From assembly GCA_951406725.2 (NCBI GenBank), contig OX597814.1, forward strand, positions 68,386,001 to 68,450,000: 64,000 bases of DNA. The letters run 5' to 3'. Source of the stretch: Octopus vulgaris (lineage: Eukaryota). A program made the position numbers and the translations under genes. This document shows positions 1-13,540 of the stretch, in pieces (position 1 is the stretch's first letter; every line of letters begins with the position of its first letter). The notes beneath the pieces are model-generated. The model saw nothing but the letters and a program-made list of their open reading frames with translations. It was not told the origin of the DNA and searched no databases.

Positions 1-209
1 CTTCTTTGTATAAACCTATTAAATTACCGTCTAACCTAACATTTTTTACTGCGTGTCTTTACTGAACCTAAGATGTTTTATTCTAATCTTCCACTTAAAA
101 ATCTTTATACTTATTAATGAACATATTTAATAGGGCTGCACCTATCCCGAATGCGTAAGTTGAAAACCAGCAAGTAGAAATTGTACTCTGCGCGATCCAC
201 ATCCACTAA

Positions 210-232
210 TCATTTCTATAAAAGGCAGGATG

Positions 233-270
<38 letters not shown>

Positions 271-1348
271 TGATTGTAATTTAGGCACGTCCACAAATTA
301 GCACGCATGTAGCTCAAATTTTAGGAGGACATTTGTCAACATCCTATCTGGGTTTTGTCAACTTATTTTTTCCCGAGGCACCCACGAATAGGGTAAAAAC
401 CTATTTTCAACCATTTTCAACCATAGCTTTTAACCATAACAAATATCAGCCATTGGTTTTTGATGGCGTCTAACAAAGAAAATAAGATAAAGAAAAGGGG
501 AAGAAGGAGGCGGAGAGTTTCACAGGAAAGACAAAGTGAGAGGGAGAGAGAGAGAGAGCCATTGCTTTTTTGACGGCGTCTAAAAAAAATAAAATAGATA
601 AAGGAAAGTGAAAGAAGGAGGCAGACGGTTTCACGGGAAAGACAAAGTGAGAGAGGGAGAGAGAGAGTCATTGCTTTTTTGATAGCGTCTAACAAAAAAA
701 AAAAGAAATAAGATATAGAAAAGTGGAAGAAGGAGGCAGAGAGTTTCACGGGAAAGACAAAGTGAGAGAGGGAAAGAGAGAGTAAGTTATGACGTTCATA
801 AAAAATAAAATGTAAAATGTTTTGTTTTTTGTTTTTGAAAGACACTATATTTTATAATCATAGTATATATTCTTTCTCACACAACAATTACAATATATTT
901 ATTTTAAATCGTTCATCTTTCTCCCCCCTTACTCTCTCTCACACACATTACTTTGGGTGCGAAAGTGTTTTGTTTTTATTTTACGCCGAGTAAAAAAGTG
1001 TTTTGATGACAATCCATTTATTTAATAACAAAGAAACAAAGAGGTGAGTAACAATTTGTCAGTGAATTACACAATATAGATGGGTACAATTTGCGAGGCT
1101 TCCACCACACCTCACTCCGTTTCACGACCACAAAACGGGTTTTGAGGCCAGAGTAATTGATTTCACGCAAAAAAAAGATTTTGTTTTTCTTAGTGAAAAT
1201 CGTGCGAGTGTTAATCTACAAATTTAACATTTTTTCCATTCATTTCTGTTTATGAACATGTATGCGTGCACAAAACATGCAATAGGTGTACGTACGTACG
1301 TACGTGTGTGTATGTGTGTTCGTGTCTGTTGCCCATATATATTTATAT

Positions 1349-1386
<38 letters not shown>

Positions 1387-1509
1387 ACTAATTTCAACGG
1401 ATTTCGCCCAAATTTGACGTCTATATTACTTAGTTTGGTTTGAAATAAAGAACTTAATTAGCTTAATAATCGTAACTTAATCCCGGGCAAGGCCGGGTTA
1501 TACTGCTAG
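210..1509 (+). mobile_element. Non-autonomous Helitron, apparently complete
   Basis: A|TC 5' end (tcatttctataaaaggc then (TG)n). 3' GC hairpin cccgggcaaggccggg at 1482-1497, then ctag|T at 1506-1510. No target-site duplication. Confidence 0.75.
449..782. repeat. Minisatellite, 3 x ~110 bp, inside the Helitron
   Basis: Unit cattg(g/c)ttttt..gcgtctaa...gaaggaggc..gtttcac(a/g)ggaaagacaaagtgagag starts at ~449, ~558 and ~668. Confidence 0.9.
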
Positions 1510-2468
1510 TGTAAAATATTGATCGATACACCATCTGAAAAACCCACTGAGGATTTTCAAATTTCAATTTATTGCATTCGGGAAAGATATTGAAAACCTT
1601 TCACATATTTGCAAAAGCCTGGGCAGTTTTGACTGTTTACACTTTCACCTAATTTCCCAATCTTATTATGTGATTAAAATCACACCAGACATAAAGTAAC
1701 ACTGATGAAAAAGTATAAATGGTGTTTTTGACTAAGAAATATCAAACCACCGACTGAGTACAAAAAGATTGTCCTCTCGTTTAGACCAAATCTTTCAGAA
1801 ACAATGTGGGACAGAGGAAGTGGAGGATGCACTTCCCGGGAATTTTAGTTTTACTGATGCTCAATACATTAATTCTTAGTGTCTTCAGATCATTTAGAAA
1901 ATCTACTTGCAATTCTGCTGACTTCAAGACATTCACATTGTTGAATCCCATTTTCACAATACGGCCGTAGATGAAAATGGGATATTACCGCGCTTTATAA
2001 TTCGTTTTGCAATCCATTGTTTTTATTTATACTTCAAATATATAGATTTTAGATCGTTTTAAATGGACACAATTTCATGAGGAACTTTTCACAAAAGTCT
2101 TACTTATTCATAATGCTATGTTCACCTTGTATCTAGCTTTAGTAGTTTTCGAAAGAGTGATTATAGACTCCATTCTGAATATATACTTCTACTGCTTCAG
2201 ACAACAGTGAGTTTCAGTAGTTACAACTTTATCCCTTTCTTGCGCTAGATGTTAATACTGTTGCTTCCGTTGCTAATAGTCTATTATAGATATAATCTGC
2301 TCACTCGTTTACTACGTGGCTTTAACTCTTTGAATTTTTCACGTTTTGAAGTATCGACACCTATTCTTGGTCATCTTTCCTTCGATATGATCAACCCTTA
2401 CTTCATCTCACGCTCACACAAAATACATACTCATATATGTGTATGTATAACCTTGTTTTAGCGTATGC

Positions 2469-2552
<84 letters not shown>

Positions 2553-2592
2553 ATATGTATGAATGTATGTATGTATGTATTGTGTTTTGTAT

Positions 2593-2669
<77 letters not shown>

Positions 2670-2749
2670 TGCAGCGTGGAAGGTGTTTATAAGCCATTTA
2701 AGAAACACACAAAAGCCGTTCGATTCACTCCAACATTTAAGTTTAATTT

Positions 2750-2793
2750 GTCAAAATATTTTCGTCGCTAAAATCCGCGACCTGTTCACTGAC
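2750..2793 (-). ncRNA. Minimal type I hammerhead-like motif with variant core (Penelope-like element end)
   Basis: Minus strand reads GTCA GTGAACAG GTCGC-loop-GCGAC GAAA ATAT TT TGAC: stem I, stem II and a palindromic stem III. The core deviates from CUGANGA. Confidence 0.45.
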
Positions 2794-2839
2794 TATCCCC
2801 CGCCCTCACCCGCTTCTATATCACACCTTATACGTACAT

Positions 2840-3121
2840 AGGTGCAGCTGGATTGCATTTGGTTCAGGGTTCCATTCAACAGGATGGTACCTTGGCAAAG
2901 TGCCTTGTGAGTGGATTTGGTTGACGGAAACTGAAAGAAGCTCATTCTACCTATATATATGTGTGTGTGTGTCTTTCTACTTGTAGTTGTCCCTTGTCTC
3001 CGTTTGCCAACCGGTGTTGCTGTGTTCACGTGTTTTTAACGGTTCGGCATAAGAGACTGATAATATAAGTACCAAGCTTAAGGTGGTGTTCCAGCGTGGT
3101 CGCAGTCCAATGGCTGAAACA
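2840..3121 (+). mobile_element. Octopus-type tRNA-derived SINE, diverged and internally deleted
   Basis: Contains gccttgtgagtggatttggttgacggaaactgaaagaagc and a 3' tail ending gtccaatggctgaaac. Homologous to 49353-49768. Confidence 0.8.
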
Positions 3122-3147
3122 CACGCTCGCACACACACACACTCACA

Positions 3148-3200
<53 letters not shown>

Positions 3201-3379
3201 CTACATTACATCTTACGACATCCCTTTTACTCTTTCTTCCACTATTTAACGCTATACCACTTTCTTATCTCCACTCGGTTCAAGGAATAAATGGCTTATA
3301 AACACCTTCCACGCTGCAATTGTTTTCGTTTCAGCACACGATCTCAGATCAAATTACTTGCTATGCGAGTACATCTCCG

Positions 3380-3423
<44 letters not shown>

Positions 3424-3483
3424 GTATATGCGTGTATTTGTATGTGACTGTGTCTGCTTCCATATATATATTTATTAATTTTT

Positions 3484-3890
<407 letters not shown>

Positions 3891-4054
3891 AGTTATACGT
3901 CGGTCTGCTTTGGGTTTATATTATCTGTCAACAGCCATTTTGACCTTCGTTTACCTCCTTCTGTGTAATGTCTTCTCGCTCTACCAAATCTTCTCCCTTC
4001 ACTTGACAGTCTGGCTAAAATCTTGATCTACAAAAGTATTTATGGGTAAGGATA

Positions 4055-4386
4055 AAGACCCCACTTCGGTCATGAATGACCATGGAATTGCACCAGAAAG
4101 TTACCCTGCGAGGTACAAATCAAGGCAAGGTTGTTTATGGAAGACTAGCAGTCGCCCATGTATACGAACCTCCCCTCTCCATGCCATCGATGTTACCCAA
4201 CGGAAAAGCAAAGACTGATACATCTTGGCACCAGTGACGTCGCAACTCATTTCTACAGCTGAGTGAACTGGAGCAACGTGAAATAAATAGTCTTGCTCAA
4301 GAACATAACACACAGCCCGGCCTGGAATCGGATTCTCTACCTCATGATTGTGAACCCGACACTCTAACCATTGAGCCATGCGCCTT
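4055..4386 (-). mobile_element. Second tRNA-derived SINE family (CORE-like central domain)
   Basis: Minus strand has a tRNA-like head ggcgcatggctcaatggttagagtg (A box), then gttcttgagcaagac...ttcactcagctgtagaaatgag. A second copy lies at 16520-16814. Confidence 0.8.
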
Positions 4387-4686
4387 AGTGACCCTCATAC
4401 TTTCTCTTTGTCTTTGCATTCTGTATTTCTCTTCTGTCCTCTTTTTCTTTCTCTCGTTGTCTTAGTTACTGCATCTGTCACTCTATATTTCCAAGGATAT
4501 GCACATATATAGTTTTTTTTTATCTGTTGTTTCTGTCATCATCTTTACAGCCTCTCATAGAGAATTTTCATATATCTATCCATAAACAGAATTTCAAACA
4601 TTTATCTTATTCTTCTCGGAAGGACATCTTCCGCAATCTCCTGAATTTCATTCCCTACATATGTATATGTTTTTTTATTGGTTATG

Positions 4687-4760
<74 letters not shown>

Positions 4761-4779
4761 TTTATGTATATATATATAT

Positions 4780-6070
4780 ATAATGCAAGTCTAAGCCATA
4801 TTTTGTTTCCTTTTTCTTCTTCCTTTTGTTTATATTGTATGCTCTTGTTTTCACTCTGCGTGTTTCGTCTGTGTGTCTGTTTTTAGGTTTCTGGGATTCT
4901 GAGTTACCTTGTATCTGTTTGTCTATATTTCTGTGCATTTGTATGTCCGTGTGTTTGAGTGACTGTGGGTCTGAATCTTTCAGTACTTGTAAATCCTTTA
5001 CTAGTGATCCTACTGGGGAATTATCCCCGTTTCTCGTCGTAGGTTGGGTTACCTCTTTCATTGCTTTGTAGTTCTTCAGTTCCACTATCGTTGGTGACTT
5101 TCTTCTCTCTCTTTTTCTTGCTTTCACCTCTGCAAAATTCCCGTCTAGTTTTGTTATCTGTTTCTGCTGTTTCTCCACCATTATATTCTCCTGAATACTC
5201 TCCTCTACAATTTCCACTGCTGCTCTAGGGCATTTCTTTCTCAAGTGCCCTCTTTCACCACATTTGTAACACTTTGAGGGGTCTCCCCTCCAACATTATC
5301 TCCAGTTTTTCTTTATTTGGTAGCTCTAAAGTTTCAGGTATTTCGTTGTAACATTTCGGGCTCACTGCACAAATTTTCTCTAATCCGTAGTCCCAGTACT
5401 TCACTTGTTGGGCTCGGCTTATCATGCCCATCTTCACGTCTTCGTTTTCCTTCCTTATCTCCGAATAATATATCGCCGCTTTTATCCACTCTGGGTCCAT
5501 GGGGAGATTCTTCTCACCCCAATTCTTATAATTCGTTTATCCAAACAGTTTGTCATCAATGTCCATTTCCCTCCGTGTATCATCCTGTTGGAGGAGTTTT
5601 CCGCCTCCTCTTCTGATGGTTACCACTATAGACACATATCTATTTCCTCTCATAAAGAACGCTATGCCGTCTCCTATCAGTCTTTCCAAAATTTCTTCTA
5701 TTTCTTCCTGCGGCGCTTTTTCACTTCTGTTTTTATTTGAAAATGTTCTGAATATTACCGTCTTCTTTTCCATTTTCGCTTTTTCCTCCTCTGGTAGGGT
5801 CAGTTTTATATTTGACCCTTCTTTCTCAACCATACTACTATATTTTTCTATCATCTCACTTTTGCACTCTACCATCTCTAGTTTCAGCACATTTAGATCT
5901 AGGGGAACTCGACCTCCAGTAGCTTCTGCATAACTTTTCATTTTTCTCAATTATTTACTACCGCCCAAGAATGGTGCCTTCGCACAAAAACTTCAGGTAG
6001 AGTTCTTCAAAAAACAACACAAAAAGTGGCTTGGTAGCTTGATTCTTTATTACAGGCACAAGGCCTAAAT
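4780..6070 (-). pseudogene. Non-LTR retrotransposon ORF1 (gag-like, CCHC zinc knuckle), frameshifted, copy 1
   Basis: ORFs 5537..5950, 5255..5500 and 4762..5244 form one disrupted frame containing CYKCGERGHLRKKCP. Confidence 0.7.
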
Positions 6071-6629
6071 GCAGAAGGGACATACAAAGAGATGCGGGAA
6101 CAAATATCACATAAAGATGAATATATAATGAATAAAATACAATGCAAATGAGACGGCTATCTCGCTCCCGCTGCGAGATGAAACCGCAACTTTGCTTTTC
6201 GCTTTTGCCCAACAATTACACACCTTTCAAACAAATGTTCATACAGGATTTACTTCTTATTTTTCCTTTTTTTTTACCTAAAGCCAACCTAATGTATATC
6301 ACAAAATTTTTTAAAACCATTTTGAAAACCTGTTCATTCAACAATTTCAAAATTTGGTAGTTTTCCTTTTTTTTTTTCCTTAACAGTTCAAATAAATATT
6401 TACTCAGTTACAGTCTTTACAAAATATATATCGACTTACCTCTTCTGTCTCTCACAATGTATTTCACTTATTCAAACTTTTACGTTGGAGTGTCTTATCT
6501 CACTATAATTTTCCTTTTTCATTTTGTCTCTTTTTGTTCCTATTTTCCTGCTGTCTTGCATGTTCTTGCATTTTCGTCTCTAAGTCTGTGTGTTCGTGTA
6601 TTTGTGTGTCTGTGTGTTCATTTGACTGC

Positions 6630-7730
6630 AACTCTACGTGTTTCGTCTGTATGTGTATGTTTTTAGGTTTCTGTAATTCTGGGTTGCTTTGTTTCTGGTC
6701 TGAATGATTCTGTACTTATAATTCCTTTGCTGGTACTTCCACTGGTAAATTTTCTCCGTTTCTCGTCGTGGTTTGGGTTTCTTCCTCCATTCCTTTAATC
6801 TCCTTCAAGTCCACTGTCGTCGGTGACTTTATTCTCTGTCATTTCCTGGGTTGTACCTCCGCAAAATTCCCATTACATTCTATTTTTTGTTTCTGCTTTT
6901 TTTCCACCACTATATCTTCCTGAGCATTCTATTCCACCATTTCCTCTGTTGCTCTAGGGCATTTCCTTCTCAGGTACCCTCTTTCACCACATCGGTAACA
7001 TTTTGGGGCTAGTTTTTCACCGTTTGGTAATTCCAATGTTTCCGCCATTTCGTCGTAATATTTTCGGCTTACCGCACAGATTATTTTCATACCATAACCT
7101 CAACAATTCAATTTTTGTGATCTACTTTCTATGCCAATCCTCAGGTCTTCATTCTTCCTCAGCTCTGAATTAAACGTTGCAGCTATTACCCATCCTGGGT
7201 CTATCGACCCTGATTCTGACGATTCTTTTGCCCCAACAGTTCGGCATCAACGTCCATTTTACTCCCGTCAACATCATGTTGCCTGATTCTTTCGCCTCCT
7301 CTTCTGAAAGAAAGGTTACTACTATAATTCCGTATCTTCTTCCTCTTGTAAAAAACGTTATCTTTTCTCCCGTGTTCACCACCAACATTTCCTCTATCTC
7401 TTCTGGCGGCGCGTGTTCGATTCTCCCAATTTTCATTTGAAAATGTTCTGAATGTTACCGTCTTGCTTTCCATTTTTCTTTTTTCCTCCTCTGGCAGGGT
7501 ATTTTTATGTTTGACCCTACTTTCTTTTGATTCTCACAATATTTAATTATCTTCTTTTCATTCCACTCCATCTTCTCCAGCTTCAGCACACTTGGGTCTA
7601 TAGCATCTCGACCCCGGTAGCTTCCGCGTAACTCTTTATTTTTTTTTAATGTTTCCCAACCACCCAACAATGACGGCTTCGCAAAATCATTTGGCTAGAC
7701 TCATTCCAAAAAATAACAACAAAAGTGGCT
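6630..7730 (-). pseudogene. Non-LTR ORF1 (CCHC knuckle), diverged tandem copy 2
   Basis: Colinear homology with 4860-6035, including CYRCGERGYLRRKCP and the shared 5' motif agccacttttg. Confidence 0.7.
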
Positions 7731-8732
7731 GTCGTTGCCTATTCGCCTTTCAAAACATAGATTTCAAGTGAAATACATTTACTGGTTTCGAAAATAGAAA
7801 TAAGACCCACCCCACCCCACCAAAAAGTCTAAACTAAGAGTATTAGTTTTTTTTTGTAAGAAAGCTAGCGAATGTGTACGGCAACAAAGACAAAAAACAG
7901 AGAACATGATACACAATTACAAATACAGCCAACAAAAAAATAACAACAGGTATCTTTGAACTGAGAACGAATCAAATTGAGCTGGCCTGTATGAAGTGAA
8001 AGCCTAAAGGCAGAAACTCAGAAAATGGACATAAGAGGTGTTGGCGGTCGGCAGTCAGGCCAAGAAAGAAAGATCGTGGCTGGCCGAACACCGGTCACAT
8101 GGAGAGAGGGCTAGGGGGAAGCAGGATTGAAGGATTAGAAAAAATCAAAGGGAAAAGTGCAGGGAAGATAAACGAGGGGGACAAGTGGGAGTTAGAGAAT
8201 GAGAGGTCCAAAAAATGTGTGTGAGAGAGAGAGGGGGGAGCGAGAAAAAGAAAAGGGAAGAAAGTATGAGGGGGACTAAAAGATAGAGTAAGAGTTGTAC
8301 AAAATTTAGATACATACCTATATATAAACATACATAAATGTAAATGTTTTTCGCAAATAAATTGCGCATCATGCTTGAAGCTCCGATGAAGCTATAGTGT
8401 GATACACAAGCTCTCAACTGTGAGTGCGTTGCATCTTATAGCAGAAACAGCCGTAAGCTAATGAAGTTTATAACAGTTGTTTATTATCTTTGTCATCCCA
8501 GTTTCTAATTACCGCTCTGTACTCGACTGATTCTTCGCATATGTCTATATTGGGAATCCTAAATGTTAAAATGTGTGTGTGTGAGAGAGAGAGTGGGGAG
8601 AGAAGCTTCACACACTACTCAATATGCACCAGACCCTCTAGTTTATCATTTTCATAGAACTGTCTCCAGAATATATTAAACTTACCCACATCAGTGTTTT
8701 TAATCTCAAAAGAGAACTAAAGAAAATGTTAC

Positions 8733-8875
8733 CTTTTTTCTTTCTGTGTTTGGAGCCAACGTCTGTAGAGTAAGCTATGCGATGGAAGGTAATTTTGACT
8801 TTCATAATTTGCAAGCGTTTCCTTTTCTTCATCCGTATATATATGGGAGACGTCAGCTGGCTGGTAATCTCGGCC
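8733..8875 (-). CDS. CLC-family chloride channel/transporter exon (ClC-6/7-related, N-terminal cytosolic region)
   Basis: Acceptor ttttag at 8876-8881 and donor gtaac at 8728-8732. The 143 nt give GRDYQPADVSHIYTDEEKETLANYESQNYLPSHSLLYRRWLQTQKEK(R). This resembles the YESxDYLPxHSxxYxxW segment before the first transmembrane helix of invertebrate ClC-6/7-like proteins. The frame differs from the ORF-track call 8638..8916. Confidence 0.8.
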
Positions 8876-9212
8876 CTAAAAATAACACAGTCAGAACAGT
8901 AATTGATTGCATACATTGCTACGCAACCACATAATTGTTAGGTAAGTGTATGGAAAATACATTTAACCGCAATAAATTTCAGGCACGTATTTTACCGATA
9001 CGATAAACGAATACTGTTGAATTTGAAACAGACCAATAAATAAATGAATGAAACTAAATACTGCAAATCTACCTCAAGTATATCGATTTTAACTGATGTA
9101 GTAACCGCCAATACAAAATCACACTTTCATGAAAGGTGCATCGTATTTCGTATTCCATCATTAGTTTTGTATCAGTGTAATCCTCATTGTCGTTGTGAAA
9201 TTCATAGTATTG

Positions 9213-9248
<36 letters not shown>

Positions 9249-9251
<3 letters not shown>

Positions 9252-10431
9252 TTACATATATAAAACTGAGAATGTGTGTGTGTCTGTCTGTCTGTGTGTT
9301 TCCCTAAAACTTGAGAACTACACAACCAATTTCATTCAAATTTTACACATGCCTTGCTTAGGGTCCGGGGAGTGTCATCGGCAAACAAAATTTGAACTTT
9401 TTGCCTAGGGCGAGCCCACAGCAATATTATATCTTCTCCACTACGATTCCCTAAAACTTGAGAACTACACAACCAATTCCATTCAAATTTTACACATGCC
9501 GTACTTAGGGTCCATGTAGTTTCATGGGCAAAACAAATGTTCAACTTCTTGCCTAGAGCGAGCCCATAGCAATATCATATCTTCTCCACTATTTCAGTAT
9601 TACGTGATAAAAGTGAAACCAAAATGTTTCTCTATTTTATGTCAGATACTTTCACTTTAACAATAAAAATAATAATAACAAATGAATTATATGTAGTAAG
9701 TAATAAAATCAAACTAAAGTATACTATAATCGTAAAATAACAAAAGTAAAAATAGCAATTGGTATAAAATTGCATCAATTATTTGAACTTGAAAAAGTGG
9801 TTTCACATGAATGGGAATAAATTAAAAATAAAATTAGCGTGCAGAAATGGAATAGTCCAGATGGATAATAAAAAATTAAATTAAAGAAAATACTATTGTC
9901 TATAAAGTATACAATGTAGAGAAAATAGAAGATTTGACCACATGGAGGAAAGCACCTTCGAAAAGTGTCTTGGTGCGACTATGATAGGTATCTAATCAGA
10001 GGCGGTAAATTCGCCACAATAGAAGCAAGGTTCGAGTCAACGAAGCGTGCAAGGGAGTACTCGACTCGAACTTGTAAAGTGGAAATATATTATTTTTACC
10101 TTTATATCTGGGACGTAGGACGTTCTGGAAAAAGTTTTAAATGCCCCCCACTCCACCCCGAAGTAGAGGTAGGCTGGATTGTAGCCACACTTCTATACAA
10201 GAGGGATGACAAGATACAATTGATCGAAATTACAAGAGACGGGCTAACAATTCCAGTCTGTTATATATTTTGAGTATTGTTATCATTAGCGATATCAAGA
10301 TATAACTTTGTATTTTGTATTTTATGTGTATATGTATATATATAGATGTACATGTAATATGTACACATATATATACACATATATACATGCACTAGCACTA
10401 TGATCCGGCAATGACGGGTCTTTAATGCTAG
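9249..10431 (+). mobile_element. Non-autonomous Helitron (same family as 11230-13540)
   Basis: TC start inside (TA)n, then tatataaaactgagaatgtgtg. Internal ~148-bp tandem duplication at 9301-9600. Ends in a palindrome plus ctag|T. A further 5' fragment follows head-to-tail at 10432-10566. Confidence 0.75.
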
Positions 10432-11185
10432 TATATGTATATAACTGAGAATGTGTGTCTGTCTGTCTGTCTGTCTGTCTGTGTGTTTCCCTAAAACTTG
10501 AGAACTACACAACCAATTTCATTCAAATTTTACACATGCCTTACTTAAGGTCCAGGGAGTGTCATCGTGTGGGATGTGCTAGAAACATCAGCAAAATCTC
10601 CCTTAAATCACTACCCATTTTGTCTGAAAAAATTTCAAGGTTTTTATTTTTACTGAAAAGGCTCCTCCCATCGTTTTTAAGTTCGTGGTGCCAAAAAATT
10701 GGTCAAAACCGGTCCGGGTAGAGAGGTAAGAGGGAGTTAAAAAAATTATTATATTCAAAAATTTTTCTTTACAAAAAAGTGCCTCCCGCTTCATCATGTC
10801 AAAGGCCGTGGTAAAAAAAGATTGGAAAATTCTCCGTTAAAACGGAGAAAGGGGCAGCTTATACGGGAGTCCTGATCAGAAACTTCGTTAACTTATGAAG
10901 AGTCCCAGAAAAAATAAGTTTTATAACGATATCCAAGCAAGCAATTAACTTTCAGGTAAAAATCTAAAATCAATTATACTAGATTCAATACAAAGAAATT
11001 GCGTTACACTACGATAATTGAAGAGTATGTAGCTCGGTTCCTTGATATTCATATTCTACTAATGTCAACATTGCTTTTTTTCCTTGAAAATCAGGCCATT
11101 ATCATTTGTCTGTAAGTATATCTAACTATATACTCTCTCTCTCTTTCATATTCTCTATCTTTCTATCTGCGTCTGTCTTTCTTGC

Positions 11186-11229
<44 letters not shown>

Positions 11230-11241
<12 letters not shown>

Positions 11242-13540
11242 TGAGAATGTGTGTCTGTCTGTCTGTCTGTCTGTTTCCCTAAAACTTGAGAACTACACAA
11301 CCAATTTCATTCAAATTTTACACATGCTTTACTTAAGGTCCAGGGTGTGTCATCAGCAAAAATAATTTAACTTTTTCCCTAGGGCGAGCCCACAGCAATA
11401 TCATATCTTCTTCACTATTTCAGTATTACGTGTTAAAAGTGAAACAAAAACATCTCTCTATTGTAATGCAGACACTTTAATACTCAAACTATTAAAGTGA
11501 AAGTATTATATAACAGTGATGAACCATTAATAGTGGTCATCCATTTTGCTAGAAGAAGATCCGCTATGGTCTTATATGCTACACCACTGGTTTTCAGTTC
11601 ATATTAATCAAATTAATATTCAATTTTTCACCCTTATTATGTGTGTGTGTATTAGCAATTCGTATAAAATTGCATCAATGACTTGAACTTGAATAAGTGG
11701 TTTCACATAAATGGGGATAAATTAAAAAGGTTTGTTGTTATTATTATTAGTGTTTGAATATTGTAATCACGTTTGTTAGTTTCTCATCAGAGAAACGTTG
11801 TTGTGTTGCATTTGTTAAATAATTGTAAACCGTAACCCTCCCCCTTTCGGAGAAGGGGCTTTGGTTATTGTTTAAAAATTGAATTGTGTCCCTGTTTGGG
11901 GAAATTTACAATATTTTCACCGTCTTTACGGAAGCATTTTTGTTAAAATGCCTTCGATAGAAGAAAGTCCAAAAATGAATTTCGCTGCAGCCGTACACTT
12001 CTATACAAGAGGGAGGACAAGATCCAATTGATCGAAATTGCAAGAGACGGGCCTAAAATTCCAGTCTGTTATATATTTTGAGTATTGTTATCACTAGCGA
12101 TATCAATATATAACTTTGTATTTTGTATTTTATGTGTAGATGTATATATATAGATGTACATGTAATATGTACACATATATATATGCATAATATATCTACC
12201 CATACACACATACGCGCACACACACACACACACATACATACATAGGGGCAGGTGTGTCTGTGTGGTAACAAACTACGTTCCAAACACATGGTCCTGGGTT
12301 CAGTCCCACTGTGTGTTGACTTGGCATGTGTCTTTTGCTGTAGCATCAGACCAACAAAAGCCTTCTCAGTGGATTTTGTACATATATACAGGCATACATA
12401 CATATATATACATGCATACGTACATATTCGGTATAAACACTCTACCACTATAAGTAATAACTGTTGGGAACACTTTCAAACCTGCCTTACATTCGAACCG
12501 GAATCTCAAAAACATTGTCCCCTTACATCTCATTCTCATTTCATTCCCAACACTGGGAAATAAAACTTACTTCTCACTACGGGACAATGGATGATGGTAA
12601 CAGATATTTACCACATGCTACCTTATCAAGTGAAGTATATTGTCATCCACTTCACCTCTAGCCTTTATAGCGTACGGACAATTCAAACGACCCCACACCA
12701 CTATACCACCACTGATACCTTCATCCTTCTAGCTGTCTGCTTTCTTATAAATACGAAAGAATTCATTTCCAGCCAAAAAGTGTTTCCCAACTTCACACAA
12801 AACTACCAAAATTACAATTGGCTGTGTGAAAGAGCAATATTAGCACAAAAAAACGTCGCTGTTAACAAAATTAATCAACAGCTAATGCATTCTCTTCCCG
12901 GCACTATACACACTTACAAGTCTGTTGATACAATTCCAGATATAAATGAAGTTGTGAACTAACCTCCTGAATTTCTCAATTTACTGGAGCCTCCTGGACT
13001 ACCTCCACACATATTAGCTCTTAAAGTTGGAACTCCTGTAATGCTACTCCGCAATCTGGAACCACCAAGACTTTGCAATGGAACGCGACTGGTGATAAAG
13101 AAAATGATGTCACACGTTATCGAGGCGATCATTCTTTCTGGATGTGGAAAAGGTGATGACGTTTTTATTCAAGAATTCCTCTTACAGCAGAAATTCCATT
13201 TACATTCAGAAGACTGCAATTCCCCCTTCGTGTCAGCTTTGCCATGTCCATTAACAAATCTCAGGGTCAAACCCTCTCTGTAGCTGGTCTTCTCTTGGGA
13301 AGAGCCCTGCTTCTCGCATGGGCAACTGTATGTTGGCTGCTCAAGAGTAGGAACCAAAAGAAACCTTTTTGTATATGCTCCACAAGGAAAAACAAGGAAC
13401 ATTGTTTACAACGAGGTGTTATAATCTCAACAGCCAGGAGGTATATACATGATCCCCTTTTTTTAACAAACTTCATGTACTTTCATGTATTTATATTAAT
13501 ACTAGCATTATGACCCGGCGTTGCCGGGTCATAGTGCTAG
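11230..13540 (+). mobile_element. Internally deleted Helitron retaining the PIF1 helicase C-terminus
   Basis: Same 5' end as 9249. Region 12780-13420 encodes [58 protein letters not shown] and FSHGQLYVGCSRV, with stops and frameshifts. 3' hairpin plus CTAG|T at 13537-13541. Confidence 0.9.

Noticed and set aside
449-782. CRISPR-like repeat array
   Set aside because: Full-length tandem units without unique spacers, in a eukaryotic context with no cas genes.
4300-4386. tRNA gene
   Set aside because: It is the tRNA-derived head of a SINE, with no complete cloverleaf.
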